The notes under the pieces are model-generated. The model was not told the origin of the DNA. It did no database searches and saw nothing but the letters and a program-made list of their open reading frames with translations. This document shows, one piece after another, positions 12,741 through 26,141 of a stretch of 48,585 nucleotides of DNA (positions within the stretch are counted from its first letter, which is position 1; every line of letters begins with the position of its first letter). This DNA is from Catajapyx aquilonaris (lineage: Eukaryota), in contig KZ538770.1 of the NCBI GenBank assembly GCA_000934665.2, forward strand, positions 1-48,585, in the 5' to 3' direction. Made by a program: the position numbers and the translations under genes.

Positions 12741-13060
12741 TTATTCGTCACCCACGGGACTGGGGCATCATCAGATAACCGAAAAGGATAGATAATCCGA
12801 GGGGTAAAAAAAACTTCACTAAAACACAACAAAATCATAACCATAAAATAATGTACAATATTCAGACAATATTGTGGTTTTTAAAGAAATAGTGAAGTAT
12901 TTTTTTTTTACACACACACTCTGCTGTACTGTATTTACAATTTCACTAAGGCAAAACAAACAAATGCGTAGAACATTACAGTATTTCATGAGAAAATGTA
13001 GATTTATTGACAGAGCGGGACGGTTGGATAAGCCGAGGTCAGATAATCAGGGTTCTACTG
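12741..13060. mobile_element. Tigger/pogo-like MITE, left end degraded
   Basis: Right end GGATAAGCCGAGGTCAGATAATCAGGGTTCTACTG-TA and internal GATAAYCG motifs like those of the elements at 30478 and 42094. Confidence 0.55.
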
Positions 13061-14144
13061 TACTGTATTACCTTATCTTTTTTCTTGGTCAATAATTGTT
13101 CAGATAACAGGCATGCACTGCCTGCCATGAGAATAAACTGACGACAAGTTAGCTTTTTTCCCCCTTGAATGGATTCCAATTGTCACTCTTTATATGTGCA
13201 GCATGTTTGGTTGTCAATGTCAGTTCAAACTTGACATTTGATGTTTACTGATATGCATAATTATATTTTTGCCACATAAGTAAGTGTCTTTGGTGTAGTG
13301 ACTATTTCCACAGCCTTCAACTTCCGAGATAGAGCGAACTATTCAAGACATTCAGGTGGCCGCAACCTTTTGTTTTTGTTACAAGAACTAGTGACGCAAA
13401 CAACTTCCAACTGTTTGGGTGCGATATTCACTCTGCAAGTTCCACAGTCACCAACATGTGAATGTGCCTCAAAGTGCATGGAACTAGGGCAACAGTCAGG
13501 ATGAAAGCTTTGAATTAGCTGGGTTGTTACATCTGAAAAATTGACTGAGAGCAGTGAATTAGTTAAAATAAGAGTGGCACGGTATGTGATAATGAGCTTC
13601 TGTTCTGGGCCAAAAAAATTATCATTATGATGATAATTAAGTCATTGAGCATGTGCTGAGAGGCAAATTACAATGTTATCATTGTATTGCTGTGTACACA
13701 GAATTTAATGACTGTTTAAAACTTTTATGGTATACTCCTGGGCACTAGAGGATCACTTCATGTGAAGGTCATTGATCTCAGCAAACTTGTTACTGAAATA
13801 ATGAGTGATCATAAAAAATTGCTTAGTACGTCACCTGTATTGTAGATGCACCTTGCAACACTTCAATTGCCTCCGCAACTTCCTGCTAAATACAGTATAG
13901 TGCTATTATAATGCGATGGTAACACCAAATGGGAAAAAGGCAAGGTCATACTGAGGAATACATTCATAACGTGAACTTTTATACATTTTGTTTTAAGCCC
14001 TTATCTTGGTAATGAAGCTCTAGGAGACCTAATGATGCCTCTAAATTATCCTCTGGAGATCAACCTAGAATGTTGTTTTAATCATTATGAAACTACATAT
14101 CTCTCTTGACACTTTTATAAGTAGAATATGAAAACTCATTTCAG

Positions 14145-16955
14145 GCAAAAGAGAGTCGTTCTGAGCCCATGGACCTGGCTGCTGTGGAGATGCTTGCCCA
14201 GCCCCTGCACAGCATTTTTGGGGATGATGAGTTTGGGCATGGTGGGTCTGTGGTGGAAAATCAAGGGTCGCAGGATGAGGAGGTAGTGTAATGCATTTAT
14301 AACACTTATTAAATTATGGAAATTCCTTAACCATCATGTGCATTCTGTCATGAGGAAATGTCTTTAAAACTTGCAGCAGGACATCTCTTTCGAATCAGAT
14401 GAGGCCTTGGATTGCCCAGAGTGTGGAAAAGATTTTCCAAATTACAGTTCCCTGAGCACCCATCTTCTTACCCACAAAGGAAAGCGCTTTAGCTGTCCGT
14501 ATTGCCACCAGGAATTTGCCAAGAAACATCGCCTCCAGGACCATTTCATGCGCTGGCATTTTGACCGCACCACATTCAGGTGCAAGTTCTGCCCCAAAGC
14601 TTACCTGACTGCCACTGAACTGGACCATCATGCTGCAGGTTAGAATGAAGAGTATACATTTTTAGGGTATGGTTTTTGAAGTATATGTGTATTAAAAGTA
14701 TTAACGATATCTTCCAGGAATTCTTATGGTGCAAATGACCTTAATTTTTAGTTAAAATTCTCTTTAATAATGTTACATGAAAAAAAAACTCATTTCTCCT
14801 ACTGATTTTGCCATTGCAGAAATCTGTGTGTTCAAATTAACCATTTTGCAATTTTTTTCCTATTCTAAGTGACCACTGGGGGTCAAAAGAACACCAGATA
14901 ATTTAATTTGAAGGTTTCTGACAATGGTTGATTATTATGGTAAATTTTGTTGATTTCTCAATAGTTCATGAAAATTGCAATGAATGAAGTTAATAGTTAA
15001 AGTTAATTACAGTTAATGGGACAGAAATCTTGGGTTCTCTCATTGTATTAACCCCATTTAAAGAGGCCACCACATGTATAAAAAGTATTGTGAAATCGTC
15101 AAGTTTACAGGAAAATTATAGTGAACAATATCCACATTTAAATATTGCACATCAACTGCCATTGCTTTACGAATCATGTTCTCGGCACCATACCATAAAG
15201 GTGCCACGCCAGTGCCTTTTTAGCAAGCAATGGTTCCAACATTTTCACAGCGGGCTCTGGCTTTTCAATCAACTTATTTATGATCCTTTAATTGTAATTA
15301 AGACAGAACTGAAACCTAGGTATCTCCTCTATTTGAGGTGGAAAAAGGAGGTAGGAAAAAGTGGAGAAGATGGAAGAGGAGGCAAGAGTGAAGACGATGC
15401 GAAGTAATGTCCCGTATTGGTAAATTGCAAATGAATGTGGGAATTTATTGATAGGCTGCATGGCCTAATCTAGCTGAGTCAGGCCAGAAATTTGCCGGAA
15501 ATACGTAACTTAGTTATTGTGCTGGAAGTAATGCCCAGGCTCGGACATGGAATTCAACAAATATTTTGTGCCGCAAATAGACAAGATACCTGGGTTTTTC
15601 TTGTCTTAATTACAATTAAATGATCATGAATAACACAATTATAAAGCCAGAGGCCGAAGTGAAAATGTTGGAACCATCAATGGTTTAAAATGCAATTTTT
15701 TAAATTGAACATTTACTTCCCGAAAAATTCTCAATTAGACTTCATCTCGCAGGGCCATCAAAAATTGACGCTTATTTGCTCTCCGAATGCGGGCTTTTGC
15801 AACACCAGAGTCGGTAGGAAAAAACTGAGTAATCCCTGTTTGTACTAAATAATCTGAAATTATACCAATTATGATGATTCATAGCAAAACAATCATGGGT
15901 CAGATCCTCTCTTAGGGTGTGGATGAGTGTGAGAGTCAGGAACGGCTGGTTGTATGTATCCAAATTAGAGAAAGACTCTAATGAGATATACAGTGTGTTT
16001 GGAAAATATGATACCATTTTACAATATTGACAACGTTTACAATGTTACCTTAAAAAATGAAAAATTCAGCATAATTTGAAAATAACAAAAAAAATCACAT
16101 CATTAACACATTTCTGCGCCATCTCTTGAGTTCAAAAGCATTGTAGGCTCTTTTTTTGCTTTTTTATGGTGCACTGTGGCAGGGTCCATAGCTATATACA
16201 GATAGGCCTAGTTTTGCAACTGTTCACTTTGCGACCTGTATTGCTGGAACCTAACCCCATCATAAGACAGGGCCCACTTGTACTGGGAAAAACTGCCCTG
16301 CATGCAAAGGCACTGTGGGCATGGGTGGAAGCATGTGCAAGCATGAGTCGGTTCATACACACTTCCACCCCCGCCCACTTGCCTGGCTGCTTGGTGCTGC
16401 TTGTGGAGGTGCAAGGCAGTTTTTCCACCACTGAACAACTACCTAACTTAAAATATACACGATAACCTTGAGTCTGCTTTGGACATGAGAGTGATGTGAT
16501 ATTTCTCCACAGGCCACACTGGTGAAAAGCTATTTCAGTGCACCCTGTGTGACAGCTCTTTCGCAACAGAGCAACACAGGACCCAGCATATGGTGACACA
16601 CCAAGAGCGACACTTCAGCTGCAGTGACTGTGGGCGTAGCTTCATCACAGATTATCACCTTCAAATGCACATGGCTTCTCATTCTGAGAAACTGTATGCA
16701 TGCAGTGAGTGTAAGAAGCGATTCTCCAGTGAGCAGAATTTAAAGCTGCACTCCTTGGTGCACGCCTCGGACAAGAAGCACCAGTGCATAGAGTGCTGCA
16801 AGTCCTTCGCCACCAATCTGCAACTGATCCACCACATGCGGATCCACACCATGCAGAGAAAGTTTGTCTGTCAGGACTGCAAGAAGGGTTTCTACACAGA
16901 GTACAATCTTCAGCAACATGCTGCTACTCATAAGAAAACAGTGGGGGGAATGTGA
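14145..16955 (+). CDS. C2H2 zinc-finger unit 2 (8 fingers), 5' end unresolved
   Basis: Exons 14145-14282, 14377(or 14380)-14638, 16513-16955 (TGA), phases 0/0/1 consistent. The junction rebuilds CKFC..HAA-G-HTGEK. In-frame ATG at 14169. Confidence 0.85.
15230..15677. mobile_element. Inverted-repeat element in intron (DNA transposon relic)
   Basis: ~95-bp imperfect arms: ATGGTTCCAACATTTTCAC...CCTAGGTATCT and AGATACCTGGG...GTGAAAATGTTGGAACCAT. True ends not determined. Confidence 0.6.
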
Positions 16956-18047
16956 GCTGGGCAGAGTTTGCTGGGTTTGCAAGTGGGAATCTCTGCCATT
17001 TAACAAGACACTTGGATATTTTTTTAAAGCCCAGATGAGACCAGAGGTTGTATGTATATGCAGATTCTTGATAACCACGATAGTAACTAGTCTCCTGCAA
17101 CTGATTTATGCCCACTTGTGAGTTCATCTGCCAAGTTTCATGCTAAAGTATGAAATGCCTTGCTTTTCTCCCAATGTAATTATTGCGTGCTGTAACTTGT
17201 GCAATGTCTCAGGAAAGGTTATTTTTTCACATTTTTGCTCACATCCTATATAAAAAGGTTTCCGTCCAGAATTGATTTTGCAGTGAACCACGATTTTTTA
17301 TATTGGAAACTGTTCCTAATTATACTAGATAAAAAAGTGAAGCTCATTTATTAATTTTTGTTTTCTCTTGGGCGTCCGGAGTAGTGCCTGGTGGCGAGGG
17401 GGGAGGGGGGGGGGGGGNCGTTTGAAGAAGTACAGTATTGCATAGTGTAATATTTAAATTTAATATTAAGTGTCTGTTTCTGAGGTGGGCAGGGGTGGGG
17501 GTGGGACGGGTTGTTTTTAGGTTTATTCTCATGAGTTCTATTAGTTCATATGTTGGGTTAGCTTGCGTCTCCCTTCATCGCTGACTACCCCTCATAGGGA
17601 AATGTCGTGATGTTGTTGTTGTTGTTGTTTTCTCAGTACTGAGCACTTGCACTTTAAAGGTGAGAATTTGCTAACAAGCTTCAGTTTGGAGTGCAAATTG
17701 TACCTTTGCATCCGAATATGTCGACCCCTGATATTGTTCACTTAAGCGTATATTTAATAAAATAAATGCTGCTTGAGCAATGAAGGAACCCCTCAAAGGA
17801 GTATTACAATGGGGAATCATGCATATGCACAAATTAAATTAAAACTATTGTTGCTGAACAGTATGTAACTCATAAAATTGACCGTCACCTGCAATTGTCA
17901 CAAAAATTAAAAGTTCAAATTCTTCCAGGTTTACCTTCTGTGGTTATTTCACATGCAAAAAAAGAGAAGTGAATTCTGAAATTTCAAGCCCAAGTTTTGT
18001 CAGAGAATAGGTGTTTAAAAACATATTCACTTTTAGGAACAACTTCA

Positions 18048-18123
<76 letters not shown>

Positions 18124-18300
18124 TCATACCCCGTTATCAGCCGGCGGCTCTTTAGGGGGGAATTTTTGTTTTGACTGGAACTCTTTCTTTGCATTTTTAC
18201 TTCACTCTTTGGGGATAGGATAGGGACGGAAGGAAGCGGCTGTGGCCTACCTCCCGATTAGCAGTCGGATACCATATCCCCTCCGCCACCACTGCTTCGG
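18048..18300 (-). mobile_element. Degenerate SINE-like element with long (ATT)n tail
   Basis: (AAT)n run 18048-18122 followed by ACCCCGTTATCAGCC..CTCTTTAGGGG, the tail motif shared with other SINEs here. No intact tRNA head. Confidence 0.5.
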
Positions 18301-20649
18301 TTAAATAAATAATAATGTTGCTCACTGCAAAATAAATCCTGGAAGAGATCCTGTGGAGAAATCTTGTGGATTATATTATTCAGTTATCTAGACGAATATG
18401 AGCAAAGAGGATAAAATGAGATTAGCGCACTTCTATTGTGTTTCAAAATTGAGTTTAGATTCTGTTTTGTGGAAATTTCACATGCTCCCTTGCATTCAGG
18501 TGGTGCTCCTGTGCCCCACTGTGTCCACCAAGTATGAGTTGGCCAGGAGAACCTCAAACATATTCCCCCATGTGTTACTCTCCTGTCTTTCAGTCATGGG
18601 GGCCAACGTGATATAAGGAAAACATGACATTTGCATTGACATGAGATGAATGTGAGATCAAGTTTGAAACACATGGTATATATGGCATTATTGATTATAA
18701 TAATGTTGCAGAGTAATTTACATACGGTATTGCCCTATAAGTAGGTCATTATTATGTTATCCGGAGCTTGTGTGTATGGCAAGGGAAAATAGAGTTGTAG
18801 AATAAGTTTCTTACATTCGACTTGGGAAATTGTATTAGTTTCTTGCAGATGATGTTAAAGCCAGCCAAACTACACAAGCTAACTGGACTGTTATACTGTA
18901 CAATGATGGCCAGTTATTCTCCCATGGAAAACGAAAAGGCTAGGAAATTGTCAAAGTTGAAACTATAGACTGTAACAAAGTTGTTAATTATGGTTTTGAT
19001 GAAGATGCCTACAAATGTTATATGTATAATGATGTTCATGTTTATAGCACAGTAAGAGATGGTATTCTTGTGTACGTTATAGTGTAAAGGCAATATTGTT
19101 CCATACCAAGCCGAATAGTGCAAAGGGCACAAAAGTGGAGAGAGTACGTTTCTTAGGTCTCGAACTATGTGCCCCGCTCTCCAGGCAGCATTTGCCTGAA
19201 CAGTCAGAACAGCTACGCCCAGTGAGTTCACGTGGGTAACCTAGGAGAGCTGGGGAGTTCACCCCTCTGCCCCAAGCACAAGATGAGAAAGAGGCATGGC
19301 AATGGGGACTAATAAAGCTGGGCGAAACTTACTTCGCATAAGTGGTTAATTTATTGTGATTCAAGTTCCGCACAACCAGTACCGGTGAGAAGCTGTCAAT
19401 ACTGATACCAATTCCACTTGGTTTATTCATCTCACATTGTGATTTTTAAAATATGGCACAGACACAAAGGAAGTGCACAACATCGTGGTGTGCTTTCTCA
19501 AAAACTTATGAGACATGCTTGTAGGCATACAGGAGGTGGGGATCATGCAGGGCAGGATGTGCATAGATCAAGCTGTCTGCCAACATCCATAGAATGACGG
19601 AGAGTCTCATGAAACTTTGCTCATTCGATCGATGGATGCCACATGTCTTGGATGTTACGTGATCTGATGAAACTGCCATAGGGAGAAGAAAAGGTTGCAT
19701 TATGTCATGTAAACCAAGTGTTTCACCAATGTAACATGCTATTCAGAATGAAAATTGAATAGCCATTTCATACCCCATGTAAGCCGTCTGAAATAAAGAT
19801 TGGGGGAAAATTAATTTGAAATTTGAGGATGTAAGGACCATGTGCAAGATAAGTTAACAAGGTCAGTGGTGTCATCAGTTAGTGCCTGTCCTAAGTAGAG
19901 TTTGAGCTCGAAAAGGATGTAAAATCCAGGATTTTAACATGATGTTATATGCACCTTAGAAAAAAGAACACGTAATTATGAAATGGTTTTTTATTTTATT
20001 TATGCGGATATCTCAAAATGTTTCTTGCGTCAGGGCATTAATAAATGTACGTTAATCTTATATTTGGATCATGTTCTTGTTTGTGATTTACTAATGTGAA
20101 TGTTTTTTGGTTGCTATACTTATATGGTGATAACAGTGATACTTGGAGATTCTATTCTGGATAACTCATGGAATGGCTTCAGCTATGTTCCCATCATTCC
20201 CATGTCGATCTTAAGACCAAATGCTTTGCATAATTTTGGGAAATCAGACTTAATTACTTGGCACAACTACAACTAGTTTTGTGTCTATTAGCATGGACAA
20301 TAGGATGCAGGAAATGACATATCCACCCATCAACCAGGAATTTTAGACATGTGGTGCATTGAACAGGATATTTCCTCGGTTGCCAATGCCAGCATATTCC
20401 AAATTACATTGCCCCTGTACAGTCATTTAAAAATTATGCAGAATATTTTCGTCTTTGAATAGGACATATACTGTACCAGATGTGATTCTGGGAGTTACTG
20501 ATATGTTTGCTCTGGGTCTCATTCATTCATTTACCGTACTTTAATTTTTTTTAAAATTATGATACACTAATTAAAAACAACACTTGATAACGCATTTCAA
20601 CAATTTGTATTGTCATGTTTTATCATGGAATAAAAATTGCTGTATGTCT

Positions 20650-21260
20650 CGTACCAGCTCTTGACCGTACCGGCGTACCCCATTGTAATTTGGATTTACA
20701 ACAGGTGGAGCAACTTTCCATTCACAGCATAACCTCGATCTGCAGCCTTTTATTCATTCATTTCTCGGAAAATTCCCACGCCTCGACCCTAATTACGTGC
20801 ACATTCCAATTATTACCGATGAATAATCCCGCTCTGACGTCAGCCTAAAAGCTCAAAAATGGCCTCCGATGGATGGGTATATGCAGGGCGGTATATGGCC
20901 CCGCAATGGCGTCCCGCTGGGCCCGACCCTCCCCCATCCGGATGGATCTCCTTCCCCTTTTGTCTGCTGCTGTTCTGTTGTAGCTTGGGCTTGGCTCGGT
21001 CGGGGGTGGTGGTGGTGGTGAGCTCGCTTCCCCCCCCCCTCTCTCGCTCCCTGCTCTGGGCACCCTTCCCACCACCCGTCCCCTGGACCAAGCGGCCGTG
21101 CACCTCCAGCCGCCGGAGCAGCCAGCCAGCCAGCCAGCTAGCCGAGGGACTCCCTCCCCCGCCTACAACACTCCGGCCGGCTCCTCACCCGCCGCAGACA
21201 AGCTGGCCACTACCCTGGTGCCAGGTAATGCCAGGGAATCCAACCTCGCTCGATCAATCC
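20650..21260 (+). promoter_or_regulatory. CpG-island promoter and probable non-coding first exon of ZnF gene 3
   Basis: Sharp CpG/GC enrichment against a depleted background, TGACGTCA (CRE-type) at 20835, AAAATGGC (YY1/Pho-like) at ~20856, donor CAG|GTAATG at 21224 and acceptor CCAG| at 22072 just before the ATG. Confidence 0.65.
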
Positions 21261-21631
21261 ACCAGGAAACAAAAGTCAGCAGCCAAGTTGACCTGTCATT
21301 GAACCCCCCCTCCCCAACAGCAGCATTCTTTCTGCTCAAGGCTGGTGGAGGATTCAAACTGGCTGGTTTGAAAAAAATTATTGAGTTGTTTCAGAATACA
21401 CTTAAGTATGACCTTCATTGCATGTGAACATTTGCACAGCTGGCATTTATGAAAGTGATTGTTAGGAAATTGTAGGAATTTCGTCCAGGATATTTCCTTC
21501 GGTTTTGCCCAAGGTTGCAAGTTTGTGTACAGTCACTTCCAGGAGTAAGGTAGCAGATCTGAAGCACAAAGAGAGGCGCTCTTACCGCCTCCTCGTGACT
21601 TGTGAGGAACAGGAAGGACCCCCAAAGGTGC

Positions 21632-21796
21632 CTCCACCGTGTCGTGGTGGTGGTGGGGCTTGCGTTTCTCCCATGCTGGCGGTAGTCTCCCAAGTCGGAC
21701 AGGTCTTGGGGATAGGAGACAGACTGATAGAGATACCTGTCTTTCCGCTCTTCTTTTTCTTTTCGTTTCTCTCTCCATCTGTCCCACCTTTGTGTC
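21632..21796 (+). mobile_element. RTE-like 5'-region dispersed repeat, copy 2
   Basis: Aligns by eye with 3286-3461 (CTCCACCnTGTCGTGGTGG..GGGGCTTGCGTTTCTCC ... TAGGAGACAG ... TCCCACCTTTGTGT). Confidence 0.55.
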
Positions 21797-22077
21797 TTCT
21801 GATAGCCAGACAGCCACAGTTGCTTTGGCTCCTTCCTAATAATCCTAAAACTAAACCAAGTTCAGGACAGCTACCTAAAGGCCGGTATCAACGTACGAGA
21901 TTCTCACAACTTTCTCGTATCTGGGCATGCACAGTTGGCTCCTTGCGGCTCCTGCGAGAATCTCGTACGTTGATACCGGCCTTTACTCCTGGAAGTGACT
22001 GTACCTGCGTTGATGTGACGTTGGGACTGAGAACTTGTGTGAAGCATAAATGTGATCTAATCCTCGTTCCAGCTGAA

Positions 22078-23067
22078 ATGGCTTCTGAGGATTCCATCTC
22101 AGGGGTGGAGTCGTCTCAGGAGTCGTGCGAGGACTGGTTGCGCCCCATAAAGGAGGAGACACCCCGCTTATGGGAGCTCAGAGACCTGCTGCTGCCTCCA
22201 GAGGCTTCAGAGGAGGATGGGGAAACCCTGGATGGTCTCTATGCAAATGGTCTCTACACCAATGGGAATGGGAATGGTGGATACTCATTTGATGACAATC
22301 CAGACCAAATGATCAAAGACATTGTGTACGGTCATATTCAGGTTGGTCATGTTACTTTTCTTATCTGCAATTTTATCTGTGTTTAAATCAAAACTTACTT
22401 TGCTTACAGCTGACATAGCTATTATAATACATCTCACTGATCTGTACAAACATCACAAGAAATGCTTGCCAAGTTATAAATTGAAGATGTTACATATCTT
22501 TGCTGTGCAGAAATATTAGCTACAGGGTCCGTTATAATTTCAGAAGCCATTAAAACTGACTTGACAATTTTGAAATTATTAGTCTCTGCAGGCAACAGCC
22601 TGTGCATGCACACTGATGCAAATGTATATTTTATACTGTGCAGCATAGAGTGTCTGTGTATACACTGCCTGTACATGCAATAGAGAATGATACTGATCCT
22701 CTTGCAGGACCAGTTATCCAATTCCTCATCTAGTGGTGGTGACAGTGTGAGTGGTCCTCTGGGAGCCATTCCAGGGGAGAAGAAGCCGAAGCAGCACCGC
22801 AACCCCTCCCCGGCAGATAGTCCTCACACCTGCGAGATATGTGGGAAGACATTCTGCAGCAAGAATAACGTTCTGAGGCACCTGAAGATTCACACTGGGG
22901 AAAAACCCCACATGTGCAACTTGTGCAACAAAGGTTTTCGGGACAAGGAGCGGCTGCAGAACCACGCACGCATACACACTGGGGAGAAGCCCTACGAGTG
23001 TGAAGTATGCGCAAAGACTTTCCGTGTCAAGAGCCACATGAAGAACCATATGAAGGTACATACTTAG
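22078..23067 (+). CDS. C2H2 zinc-finger protein, 3 fingers, acidic N-terminus (~207 aa)
   Basis: Exons 22078-22341 and 22708-23067 (phase 0). Canonical TGEKP linkers. ATG 5 nt after an acceptor. Confidence 0.88.
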
Positions 23068-24714
23068 TGTTGGGGCTGGGCGGGTGGAGGGGCGTAGGGA
23101 GAGGGAAGAAGAAGATGATGCAGTGTGGTATTTTTTTTAAAGGGGTGTGCAGTTGGGTGGTAGTTATGGTAGGTGGTCAGAAGGACATGGCCACTGGACT
23201 TGACATGTTTTCTGAATGGTGGCCACTAGAGGCACTAGTATTATATAGGTCAGCCAAGGTCACCACTATCATTGGCATGGCATCTCTTGTCACTGGTGAT
23301 GGTGACATTTCATTGATGGCATACTAGAGGCAATGCCTTTTCTCAGTGGTGGCCACTAGAGTTACTAGTACATTTCCTCAATGGTCATCAGCCCCTTACA
23401 GTAACCTGGTGAGAAATCAACTGTCTTGCTAATGCTATGCTTAGGCTTCCTGCAGCCTCGATCTAAGCTTGAGCTCTGTTCCTACAGTTCAAGTTTGATG
23501 CATTTTCATTGCATCAGTATTGATTCTACATATACACTTTAGGGAAAACTTTGATCTCATTATTTAATCTCACTTCCTAAAGGTGGAATAAGCACGAATA
23601 CCAAGAGGCCATCCTCACACATAGGGCTGACTGAATCCACAGCGATGGCAGCAGTGATGTTGGGTTGTGATGATGGCCATGTTATGCAAATGTAGAAAAA
23701 AAAATTAAGAATGAATTTAATTCAATACTCTCTGAGTGAGAATGAATCATGCTACCAACTGAGCTGGTAGATAAAATGGCAAATTACATATTGATATAGC
23801 ACGTGCATATCAAATCAGAAGAGTTAAGTGCTTAGCAGATATGCAATTCCAGGTGCCAATATAGAAGTGTTGCAGACTAAAGAGAACATGTGAGCTAAAC
23901 TCTCAATTCCAGAGTTCCATACATTGACATGACATTAGTCACCTGCAGTGGGGGAGTAGTACACTACTGTAAAAAAATACTTCCTTTTACCCCAGCAAAC
24001 AGTGGCACTGTGTACACAGGTGGAAATGTGTGAGCTTGAGTTGATATATGCTCACTTATACCCATGGCCACCTAGCGCTGCCTGCGGGGATTTTTCCAGC
24101 ACTGTACTGCATTCCCTTAAACTCATTAGCATGGCATAAGAGAGGTGGTTCTCTTGCAAAATGTTGTATAATGAGCTGGTCACTCGAGTCACTGGTACAT
24201 CAACATGATTCTGGTTGTGCCTGCATATGAAAGGAGGTCCCGTTTCAAATTGCAAGGGTATTCACAGCACTATTAAAGGTTACTGAGCGCCACAGGTTGA
24301 AGCAGATATTGGAAAGATCATGACTTCTTGAAGGTGCATACTGGCTATGCAGGTTAAATGTTTGTGATAATTGTGAAACAAGAGTCAGGTGTAATTTATT
24401 TCAATCAAGGTAGATGGAATTGGAGACCTCCACAATTACCATTAAAAGAAGTTCTCATTATGCATGGTTGTGATCAGAAATTATTAATCATAGTGGGTAC
24501 ACACTGTGGTAGCCCTGTAGCCTCTTCGGGAGTCATCTTTCATATCCATAACGTCCTTCATTGCACCTCGATAATGACAAAGAAAAGGCTCTCTCAGTTA
24601 GAAAAATTATGTGTAATCTAATGAGGACTAGGTCAGAAAACTACACTCTTATTGTAGTACTACTTTTTATGGACAAATTGTGTTTATGCAAATGTTGCAT
24701 TAGTGGTTTATTTT

Positions 24715-25077
24715 TTATTTTTTATTATTTTTTATATCTATTACCCCGCAATAACCTGATTAGGGTTTATAGGGGGATGGACCACCATTTAGAACCATTT
24801 TCCTTTTTTTTTTTTTACTTCAATCTCCGGACTTCGGGATATGGAAGGACTTCAGGATATGGGGGAGGGATTGTTGGGGAGGGGACACTTGTGTAGGTGC
24901 AATGTCAAGCTCTGGACCATGTGCAGTCCCCCAGGAGGTCAGGTTACCAGACACCTCCAAGGTGCAGGTCAAAGACCCTCCCGACGCAGGCGAAAGTGAA
25001 CTCCCAGGCGGGGATCGAACCTGGGATCTTTCGCTCAGCAAGCCGAGACGTTACCATCTCGGCCACCACACCTCCCC
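24715..25077 (-). mobile_element. tRNA-derived SINE, family C
   Basis: Minus-strand A box TGGCCGAGATGG and B box GGTTCGATCCC, unrelated body, shared 3' tail motif and A-rich end. Confidence 0.75.
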
Positions 25078-26037
25078 GCATTGATGGTTTAATAGAAGCC
25101 ATAGTTCCATAAGTACATTTCAGGACTTGGCCGTGCATGTCTTTTAAAGTTAACTGAATTCAGTATTCATTTTAAGTGATAATTGTGCAAATCAAAACTT
25201 GAAATTTGCAGGAAGTATTTTATGACATGTGAAATGGTCTGCCTTATCTTTTTGGGCTTCTTGCAAGTAGCACTTTGTTCCTTGCTTCAGTGAGGAATTT
25301 ACACAAGAATAATGGATTGAATGGTTTACTGACCACCCATTAATTTTGCGTGCTCAATAGAATACCTTGAGTGAACCATTAGCCTGTTGAACTCATGCCT
25401 TCACAGCCCAAGAACTGATCCTCAGAGCCAAAAATGCAGTATTATCAGCCACACAGATTTGTTGCAACATAGGCGCCATGATTTAATGAGCACACCTCCC
25501 TCCTTCAGGACCTAGGTTAATGAGTTAATTTGGCTCATGTTCTTCTCATTCAAAAGGGGCAAAGGGAAAACCTTTAATCTCAGGGGTATCTTTGAATTGA
25601 GACGTTGAATTGGTGAGAGGTAGATGAATTTAGATTCCATCAGGAATCAACCTATCCTAGGAAAACAATTTCTTGAATCAATGCTTTTCAGTTTTTATTA
25701 CTTTATAGTGTGTAGTGAAATGTCGACAATTTTAAATGTATGTTTTAGGTTAGTTTACAGCATCTGAGGATGTTTTTTTTTTTAACCTCCCACATACCAC
25801 TGATGCCTAAGTAAGCTCTGGAGGCAATTCAGACAGTAGTTCCCTCCACCTCTGTGTGTTGTTGGATCTGTTAGACTTAAGGAGAATCCAAAAGAAAAGT
25901 AATTGGGAGGGGAGGAAAGCACATGACAGGGGGCCTAGTGGGGGTGGCTAGGATGTGTGGTGATCAGCCCCTGACACTCCTACCACAGCCTTATGGAGAC
26001 TTCCGTGAGCTTAATTGCTCCCACTCATAGGGCATGG

Positions 26038-26141
26038 GGTTTCCACTTTGGTGCTGGTATCACTCCACAGTTCCTAAGGCAGTCATCTGCTAGGAACTGT
26101 CGTAGGAACTGGGGAGCAACACCAGTGCCAAAGCGTAAACC
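26038..26141. mobile_element. Small MITE-like inverted repeat
   Basis: GGTTTCCACTTTGGTGCTGGT..CAGTTCCT mirrored by AGGAACTG..ACCAGTGCCAAAGCGTAAACC. Confidence 0.5.

Noticed and set aside
14395..14631. Antisense ORFs over ZnF exons (also 16740, 22726, 47791)
   Set aside because: Shadow frames of C2H2 coding sequence
20840..21427. Overlapping ORFs in the GC-rich region
   Set aside because: Low-complexity translations expected from a CpG island, no domain signal
21505..22077. N-terminal 190 aa of the 293-aa ORF
   Set aside because: Runs through an RTE-like repeat and intron. The real coding start is the ATG at 22078 after a splice acceptor
24995..25077. tRNA-like sequences here and at 29.9, 35.4, 36.2 and 37.9 kb as tRNA genes
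   Set aside because: They continue into shared non-tRNA bodies and tails and lack clean cloverleaves, so they are SINE heads
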